This document shows, piece after piece, positions 26,810 through 32,000 of a DNA stretch of 32,000 nt. The DNA is taken from the NCBI RefSeq assembly GCF_000025925.1, contig NC_014033.1, positions 870,001-902,000 of the forward strand, given 5' to 3'. Under the pieces are notes generated by a model. It had not been told where the DNA came from. It worked only from the letters and a program-made list of their open reading frames with translations, and did not search any database. Within the stretch, counting starts at the first letter, position 1, and each line of letters begins with the position of its first letter. The position numbers and the translations under genes are program-made. This DNA is from Xylanibacter ruminicola 23. Lineage in GTDB: Bacteria; Bacteroidota; Bacteroidia; Bacteroidales; Bacteroidaceae.

Positions 26810-28023
26810 ATTCCGATCCACGACATATTCGTATCAGCGATTATAATTATCCGCTCCCCGATGAGCGTATTGCTAAATTCCCTATTGCCCAGCGCGACCA
26901 CTCTAAGCTGTTGGTTTACCGTCAGGGCCAGGTAAGTCACGATGTATTCTATAACCTCCCCGAGTATCTGCCCAAGGGTGCTCTCATGGTGTTTAATAAC
27001 ACCAAGGTTATCCAGGCACGTATGCATTTCCGCAAGGATACAGGTGCCCTCATCGAGGTGTTCCTGCTTGAGCCTGCCCAGCCTTCGGACTACGAACTGA
27101 TATTCCAGACATCCGAGAAGTGTGCGTGGTATTGCCTGGTGGGCAATCTGAAGAAGTGGAAGGAAGGCACGCTTCGTCGCGAAATCGAGATAAAGGGTCA
27201 GCAGGTGGTTGTTACAGCTACCCGTGGTCCTATCCACGGCACCTCGCACCGCATCGATTTCGAGTGGACCGGTGGTTTCTCGTTTGCCGAGATTATCGAT
27301 GCCATGGGCGAACTGCCCATTCCACCATACTTGAATCGTGAAACCCAGGAGAGCGACAAGACTACCTACCAGACCGTTTACTCAAAAATCAAGGGTAGTG
27401 TGGCTGCACCTACTGCAGGTTTGCATTTCACCCCCGAGGTGCTGGCAGCCGTCGATGCACACGGTATCGAGCGCGAGGAGCTCACCCTGCATGTGGGTGC
27501 CGGAACCTTTAAGCCCGTCAAGAGCGAGGAGATTCAGGGGCACGAGATGCACACCGAGTATATCTCGGTTCGTCGCGACACCATCCGCAAGTTGCTGGCT
27601 CACGATGGCTGTGCCATTGCCGTAGGTACCACCAGCGTGCGTACACTCGAGAGCCTGTATTATATGGGACTGAAGGTGATGCAGAACCCCGAGGCATCTG
27701 AGGACGATCTGCATGTAAACCAGTGGGAGCCATACGATACCGATACCCAGGTAAGCACCGTTGAGTCGCTTACAGCCCTTGGTGCCTGGATGGATGCCCA
27801 CGGTCTCGAAGTGCTGCACAGCAGTACCCAGATTATCATCGCCCCCGGTTACAACTATCACATCGTAAAAATGCTGGTAACCAATTTCCACCAGCCACAA
27901 TCCACCTTGCTGTTGCTGGTAAGCGCCTTTGTAAAGGGCGATTGGCATAAGATCTACGATTATGCGCTGGCCAACGATTTCCGATTCCTCAGCTACGGCG
28001 ATTCATCGCTGCTTATTCCATAA
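26806..28023 (+). CDS. queA: S-adenosylmethionine:tRNA ribosyltransferase-isomerase
   Basis: ISDYNYPLPDERIAKFPIAQRDHSKLLVY, PIPPYL, YQTVY, GSVAAPTAGLHFT, VGAGTF, VGTTSVRTLES, NFHQPQSTLLLLVSAF and FLSYGDS are canonical QueA motifs. ATG 26806 overlaps the PAP2 stop (ATGA). Confidence 0.95.
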   Translation: MNSDPRHIRISDYNYPLPDERIAKFPIAQRDHSKLLVYRQGQVSHDVFYNLPEYLPKGALMVFNNTKVIQARMHFRKDTGALIEVFLLEPAQPSDYELIFQTSEKCAWYCLVGNLKKWKEGTLRREIEIKGQQVVVTATRGPIHGTSHRIDFEWTGGFSFAEIIDAMGELPIPPYLNRETQESDKTTYQTVYSKIKGSVAAPTAGLHFTPEVLAAVDAHGIEREELTLHVGAGTFKPVKSEEIQGHEMHTEYISVRRDTIRKLLAHDGCAIAVGTTSVRTLESLYYMGLKVMQNPEASEDDLHVNQWEPYDTDTQVSTVESLTALGAWMDAHGLEVLHSSTQIIIAPGYNYHIVKMLVTNFHQPQSTLLLLVSAFVKGDWHKIYDYALANDFRFLSYGDSSLLIP

Positions 28024-28027
28024 CACA

Positions 28028-28066
28028 AAAAAATAGGAGCCCCAATCGCGGAGCTCCTGTTCTTTT
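28028..28066. terminator. Probable bidirectional terminator between queA and ompH
   Basis: The aggagc / gctcct stem (28035-28040 / 28053-28058) is flanked by AAAAAAA on the left, which reads as a U-tract for the minus-strand transcript. GTTCTTTTT lies on the right. Confidence 0.5.
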
Positions 28067-28085
28067 TATTAAGTATTACCAAAAA

Positions 28086-28721
28086 TTACTTCTTCTCTTC
28101 AGCCTTCTTCTCTTCAGCCTTCTTCTCCTCGGCCTTCTCGGCAGCAGGCTTAGCAGTTGGCTTGTAGCGCTTGTTCAGACCGTTGATGACGTCCTGAGTA
28201 ATATCCAGCTTCTTGTTGCCCATCAGGATGTTGTCGCCAGCCTTCGAAAGGATCAGGTCAAACTTCTTATCCTCGTTGTACGACTTCAGGAAATTCTGCA
28301 GTGAGTCGCGCAGAGCCTCGTTAAACTTAGCTGTCTCGCTGGCCAGTTCGTTCTCCAAACGTGCCTGCAACTCCTGCAGGTCGTTCTGCTGGCGCTGTAT
28401 AGCGGCCTGCTGACTTGCTGCCTGCTCACGGCTCTGGAAACCGTTGTTGTTCAACTTCTGCTGGAAGTTAGCCATAGCAGCCTGCAGGGCATTACCTTTC
28501 TGGTTCAAAGTGTTACGGGCGTTGTTGCTCTTCTTCTGCAGGGTTACGCTGTAGTCCTTAGCAAAGTTGTACTGAGTCATCAGCGAGTCAACCTCTACAT
28601 AAGCAATCTTCATACCCTCGCCGCTAGCAGCAGCGGGCTGATCGTCCATCTTAGGACTCTGTTTGTTGCACGATACCATCATAGCTGCGATGGCCAGTGC
28701 TGGAAAAATGTACTTTTTCAT
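28086..28721 (-). CDS. ompH: OmpH/Skp-family periplasmic chaperone (lipoprotein form)
   Basis: Signal/lipobox MKKYIFPALAIAAMMVSC. The coiled-coil Q/A/N-rich OmpH pattern is present (KIAYVEVDSLMTQYNFAKDY...). The C-terminus carries an (AEEKK)x3 repeat encoded by 3 x 15 nt at 28089-28133. Confidence 0.8.
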   Translation of the reverse strand: MKKYIFPALAIAAMMVSCNKQSPKMDDQPAAASGEGMKIAYVEVDSLMTQYNFAKDYSVTLQKKSNNARNTLNQKGNALQAAMANFQQKLNNNGFQSREQAASQQAAIQRQQNDLQELQARLENELASETAKFNEALRDSLQNFLKSYNEDKKFDLILSKAGDNILMGNKKLDITQDVINGLNKRYKPTAKPAAEKAEEKKAEEKKAEEKK

Positions 28722-28759
28722 TTTCTGTTTTTAATTATTATTTTTTGAATTTTCAATTT

Positions 28760-28966
28760 TTACTTCTCCGAGACAGCAAACGGACTCTTGGTGCGAAGCT
28801 CGCGATCCTGGTCCATCACACAGTGTATACCTCGGTCTTTCATCGCCTGCGAATCGTGAATGTGCTGCGATGAGAACTCGCCGTTGCGCTTTAAAAGCAC
28901 CTTTACGAGCAAAAATGCCATGCATATAGCAATTATTAACGTGGTTATGAGTAGAGTCTCAATCAT
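28760..28966 (-). CDS. Hypothetical small membrane protein (68 aa)
   Basis: One N-terminal TM helix (MIETLLITTLIIAICMAFLLVKVLL) followed by a polar tail. It has its own -7 box and lies 38 nt upstream of ompH. I recognise no family. Confidence 0.4.
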   Translation of the reverse strand: MIETLLITTLIIAICMAFLLVKVLLKRNGEFSSQHIHDSQAMKDRGIHCVMDQDRELRTKSPFAVSEK

Positions 28967-28972
28967 TTTTTA

Positions 28973-28980
28973 TATCTTTG
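28973..28980 (+). promoter_or_regulatory. Candidate -7 box (TATCTTTG) for pepD
   Basis: Matches TAnnTTTG 54 nt upstream of ATG 29034. Confidence 0.4.
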
Positions 28981-28986
28981 CGGCTG

Positions 28987-28994
28987 CAAAGTTA
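28987..28994 (-). promoter_or_regulatory. Candidate -7 box (TAACTTTG on the minus strand) for the small membrane protein/ompH unit
   Basis: Plus-strand CAAAGTTA lies 21 nt upstream of the minus-strand ATG at 28966. Together with the plus-strand box it forms the palindrome CTTTGC-GGCT-GCAAAG. Confidence 0.35.
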
Positions 28995-29033
28995 AGCATT
29001 TTATAGCGAAATCAAACAAAAAAAGCATTAATA

Positions 29034-30494
29034 ATGAATAAAAACGATTTAAAACCTGCAGTTGTGTTCGCAGAATTTGCGAAGATTAACGAAATTCCGC
29101 GTCCATCTAAGCGCGAAGAGAAGATGATCGAGTATCTGAAATCATGGGGCGAGAGCCACAATCTGGATACAAAAGTTGACGAAACCGGTAATGTGATTAT
29201 ACGTAAGCCCGCCACCAAGGGTATGGAGAACTGCAAGACCGTTATCCTGCAGAGCCATATGGATATGGTGTGCGATAAGCTGGTTGATGTAGAGTTCGAT
29301 TTCGATAAGGACGCCATCAAGACCTATGTAGATGGTGAGTGGCTCACAGCCGAGGGAACCACACTGGGTGCCGACGACGGTATCGGTTGTGCCATCGAGC
29401 TGGCCATCTTGGCATCTGATGATATCCAGCATGGTCCTATCGAGTGCGTGTTCACTCGCGACGAGGAGACTGGCTTGAGCGGTGCCGAGGGCATGAAGGC
29501 TGGTTTCATGACTGGCGATTACCTCATCAACCTCGACTCTGAGGACGAGGGCGAAATCTTCGTATCATGCGCCGGTGGTCGTAACACCACAGCCAAGTTC
29601 ACTTTCCAGCGCCAGCAGGCAGCCGAGGGTAGCTTCTTCATGAAAGCCCAGCTCAAGGGCCTGGTTGGTGGTCACTCAGGTGATGATATCAACAAGAAGC
29701 GCGCTAACGCCATCAAGATCCTCGCTCGTTTCCTGTATCAGGAGATGAACCGTTACGAGGGCATCCAGCTCGCTCAGTTCCATAGTGGTAAGCTGCACAA
29801 CGCCATCCCACGCGATGGTCAGTTCGTGATTGCCGTACCTCATGATGTAAAGGAGAACGTAAAGGCCGACTGGAATGTATTTGCAGCCGAGGTTGAGGAC
29901 GAGTTCCATGTTACCGACACCCAGATGGTTTGGAGTATGGAGAGCACCGATGCCGAGCCTGTTATCGACCCTGCTGTAGCCAAGAACTTTGTTTGGGCTG
30001 TTCAGGCTGTTGATAATGGCATCTACGCCATCTGTCAGGACGAGGAGCTCGGCGGTATGGTCGAGACTTCATCTAACATCGCCAGCATCCACTCTTCCGA
30101 GAATGCCATCGAGATTCTGTCAAGCCAGCGCAGTAACGTCATGTCAAACCTCGACAATATGTGTGCCACCATCCGTGCCGCCTTCCAGTTGGCAGGTGCC
30201 GAGGCCACATCGGGCGACGGCTATCCCGCTTGGAAGATGAAGGCCAACTCAGAGCTTCAGAAGATTGTTCGCGAGAGCTACGTAAAACTGTTCGGTAAGG
30301 AGCCCGTGGTTCGTGGTATCCACGCTGGTTTGGAGTGCGGTCTGTTCTCGGAGCGCTATCCACAGTTGGATATGGTAAGCTTCGGTCCCACATTGCGCTA
30401 TGTGCATACCCCCGACGAGCGTCTGCTCATTCCAACCGTACAGATGGTATGGGATCATCTGCTTGATGTACTTAAAAACATTCCGCAGAAATGA
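29034..30494 (+). CDS. pepD: Aminoacyl-histidine (Xaa-His) dipeptidase, M20C family
   Basis: FAEFAKINEIPRPSKREEKMIEYLKSW, LQSHMDMV, GADDGIG, TRDEETGL and GLECG are typical PepD motifs in a 486-aa ORF. Confidence 0.9.
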   Translation: MNKNDLKPAVVFAEFAKINEIPRPSKREEKMIEYLKSWGESHNLDTKVDETGNVIIRKPATKGMENCKTVILQSHMDMVCDKLVDVEFDFDKDAIKTYVDGEWLTAEGTTLGADDGIGCAIELAILASDDIQHGPIECVFTRDEETGLSGAEGMKAGFMTGDYLINLDSEDEGEIFVSCAGGRNTTAKFTFQRQQAAEGSFFMKAQLKGLVGGHSGDDINKKRANAIKILARFLYQEMNRYEGIQLAQFHSGKLHNAIPRDGQFVIAVPHDVKENVKADWNVFAAEVEDEFHVTDTQMVWSMESTDAEPVIDPAVAKNFVWAVQAVDNGIYAICQDEELGGMVETSSNIASIHSSENAIEILSSQRSNVMSNLDNMCATIRAAFQLAGAEATSGDGYPAWKMKANSELQKIVRESYVKLFGKEPVVRGIHAGLECGLFSERYPQLDMVSFGPTLRYVHTPDERLLIPTVQMVWDHLLDVLKNIPQK

Positions 30495-30859
30495 TGCATA
30501 CGCGCGCGTACATTATAAATATAACCCTTTGCTTGGGTGGGCTGCTTTTCGCTTCGTGCGGAAAGCAGTACACCGCCGAGCAGACGGTGAAGGATTTTGT
30601 GGCCGAGAATATGCAGGATGGGGTAGAGACCTCGGGTGTTGATTTTGCCGATTTGGGCACCACACGTCACATTAACGACACACTTGTGGCAAAAATGCGA
30701 AAAAATGGTGCACCCTTGTTCAAAAGCGGCATTCAGTATGCTCAAGCACCCGCTGGCGATCTGTTCTATCTGAGAATGAGATACTTATATCAAGGCGACA
30801 CTTTGCAGAACACCTTCTATCTCGACTCAACGCTTACCCAAGTGGTAGCTTTCAAATAA
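30491..30859 (+). CDS. Hypothetical lipoprotein
   Basis: Lipobox-like LCLGGLLFASC. The start overlaps the pepD stop (ATGA). I recognise no family. Confidence 0.5.
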   Translation: MMHTRAYIINITLCLGGLLFASCGKQYTAEQTVKDFVAENMQDGVETSGVDFADLGTTRHINDTLVAKMRKNGAPLFKSGIQYAQAPAGDLFYLRMRYLYQGDTLQNTFYLDSTLTQVVAFK

Positions 30860-30910
30860 CTTTTTCGAAAAAAAGTCGAATAAAAATTTGGAGGATTCAA
30901 AAAATAGTCG

Positions 30911-30918
30911 TACCTTTG
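30911..30918 (+). promoter_or_regulatory. Candidate -7 box (TACCTTTG) for the tRNA cluster
   Basis: Matches TAnnTTTG 50 nt upstream of tRNA-Ser. Confidence 0.4.
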
Positions 30919-30967
30919 CACCCGCAATCGAGGAGATGCCCCAAGGTTTGGTACTCTAAGGTCCTTT

Positions 30968-31054
30968 GGAAGGATGGGTGAGTGGCTGAAACCAGCAGTT
31001 TGCTAAACTGCCGTACGGGTTCCCGTACCGGGGGTTCGAATCCCCCTCCTTCCG
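30968..31054 (+). tRNA. tRNA-Ser (anticodon GCT), class II with a long variable arm
   Basis: Hand-folded. The acceptor stem is GGAAGGA/TCCTTCC and the D stem is GGT/ACC. The anticodon stem GCAGT/ACTGC carries loop TTGCTAA. The variable arm is GTACGG/CCGTAC and the T arm is GGGGG-TTCGAAT-CCCCC. CCA is not encoded. Confidence 0.9.
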
Positions 31055-31088
31055 CCTCAGGAAGTCTCCACGAGAGCGTGTCGATGTT

Positions 31089-31160
31089 GGTCGATTCATC
31101 TAATGGTTAGGATACAAGATTCTCAATCTTGGCATAGGGGTTCGATTCCCCTATCGACTA
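31089..31160 (+). tRNA. tRNA-Glu (anticodon CTC), copy 1
   Basis: Hand-folded. The acceptor stem is GGTCGAT/ATCGACT, with a G1-U72 wobble. The anticodon stem CAAGA/TCTTG carries loop TTCTCAA and the T arm is AGGGG-TTCGATT-CCCCT. The architecture parallels E. coli tRNA-Glu. Confidence 0.8.
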
Positions 31161-31198
31161 CAACATCTTTGACATTCTGGTCGATAATTTGACATGCT

Positions 31199-31270
31199 GG
31201 TCGATTCATCTAATGGTTAGGATACAAGATTCTCAATCTTGGCATAGGGGTTCGATTCCCCTATCGACTA
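31199..31270 (+). tRNA. tRNA-Glu (anticodon CTC), copy 2, identical to copy 1
   Basis: The 72-nt sequence is identical to 31089-31160 and lies 110 nt downstream of it. Confidence 0.8.
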
Positions 31271-31279
31271 CAAAACATG

Positions 31280-31306
31280 AGCTCCCGTTTTTACGGGAGC
31301 TTTTTT
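31280..31306 (+). terminator. Rho-independent terminator of the tRNA cluster
   Basis: agctcccgt / acgggagct form a 9-bp stem with a 4-nt loop, followed by a T-run. Confidence 0.8.
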
Positions 31307-31329
31307 CATTCCCTAAAACTAATGTTCGT

Positions 31330-31998
31330 ATGATGTTTCCCGAAGTACATAACAGCGCGCAGCTTACTGAGCTGATTAGCAGCATTGGCTTTTTGCCCTT
31401 GCTCGATAGTGGTATTCGTGGTTTCTCGGCCGAAGAGATTGTAGCTGACGATTGTCGTTATGTAGTGTTCAGCGATGGCGGTTGGGATTGGCCGCTGTGG
31501 AAGTGGAAGGGTAGCATCATCACCGAGGGGCATCATGTGTATGGTAAGTTCTTTGCTGGCAAGGCAGGCTTTATCAGTCGTGAGTGGTGGCCCGATTTCT
31601 GTAACTACCGCCGCAGCAAGTATCCAGCGCCCCAGGAGGGCAGTATTGATGAAGCTATCCTCTTTACCTTAGAGCAGGAGGGCAGTCTGATTACCCGCGA
31701 GCTGCGCAGCCAGTGCGGTTTCACCGGTCCTAAGATGCGTAGTAAGTTCGATGGCTACGTTACCCGCCTGCAGATGGCCACCCGTATCGTTACCGAAGAT
31801 TTTGTGTATCCCCTCGACCGTCACGGTCGTGAGTACGGCTGGGGCTGGTCGCTCCTCACCACACCCGAGCGCCTCTATGGTCGCGCTGCCACCCAGTGCC
31901 CCCGCACTCCCGAAGAATCCTTCCAGCGCATCTTCGCCCACATGCAAACCATCTGCCCCCAAGCCTCCGACAAACAACTCCTTAAAATGCTGAAATAA
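31330..31998 (+). CDS. Hypothetical cytoplasmic protein, possibly an AlkZ/YcaQ-related winged-helix protein
   Basis: The ORF is complete (stop at 31996-31998). I chose ATG 31330 because the track start at 31189 lies inside tRNA-Glu copy 2 and reads through the terminator. The family assignment rests only on my recollection of similar Bacteroidales proteins (MFPEV...GFLPLLDSGIRGFSAEE..., WKWKG...). Confidence 0.45.
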   Translation: MMFPEVHNSAQLTELISSIGFLPLLDSGIRGFSAEEIVADDCRYVVFSDGGWDWPLWKWKGSIITEGHHVYGKFFAGKAGFISREWWPDFCNYRRSKYPAPQEGSIDEAILFTLEQEGSLITRELRSQCGFTGPKMRSKFDGYVTRLQMATRIVTEDFVYPLDRHGREYGWGWSLLTTPERLYGRAATQCPRTPEESFQRIFAHMQTICPQASDKQLLKMLK

Positions 31999-32000
31999 TA

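Noticed and set aside
28731-28925. 64-aa minus-strand ORF overlapping the 68-aa small membrane protein in another frame
   Set aside because: It has no hydrophobic or recognisable features. The alternative frame (28760-28966) has a clean TM helix and a promoter box at the right distance. Both calls remain weak.
31189-31329. N-terminal extension of the last ORF as given in the track
   Set aside because: It would start inside tRNA-Glu copy 2 and read through the tRNA terminator hairpin. The first plausible start after the terminator is ATG 31330.
1-32000. Search by eye for mobile elements, integrases, CRISPR repeats, toxin-antitoxin pairs, restriction-modification or other defence genes, riboswitch-like leaders and other structured ncRNAs
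   Set aside because: None was found. Every ORF over about 120 aa except three lipoprotein/hypothetical genes has a housekeeping or known-family assignment. I cannot exclude small ncRNAs without covariance-model searches.

Overview
This window looks like core chromosome from a Bacteroidales genome, probably Prevotella/Segatella-like. The evidence is TAnnTTTG -7 promoter boxes in nearly every intergenic gap, many lipobox lipoproteins, a DUF4295 gene after rpmG, and a Bat aerotolerance operon. It is densely packed with housekeeping genes, and many neighbours overlap by ATGA, TAATG or TGATG. In order: uxuA (partial), a GHL10-like hydrolase, cstA plus a small OM beta-barrel, nadC, a C69 dipeptidase, a HAD hydrolase, two uncharacterised lipoproteins, map, tsaD and a cinA-like gene. 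Next come rpmB-rpmG-DUF4295, ftsY, rimO and two HU-like genes. The MoxR-DUF58-BatA-E cluster follows, compressed into six ORFs, then a PAP2 phosphatase, queA, ompH/skp, pepD, a tRNA-Ser/Glu/Glu cluster and a possible AlkZ-related gene. I found no transposase, integrase, CRISPR array, toxin-antitoxin pair or recognisable defence gene, so I cannot support a wholly new multi-gene system here. The strongest lead is an HU-domain gene continuing into a long acidic Pro/Glu repeat, a TM helix, an Ala/Lys/Glu repeat and a LysM domain, which would link DNA to peptidoglycan. It is split by one extra C in a C-run. Secondary leads are the in-frame batB-batC and batD-batE fusions, a BatD-like domain on the DUF4381-like gene, a 5x heptanucleotide repeat containing the DUF58 start codon, and an 18-bp inverted repeat between tsaD and cinA.
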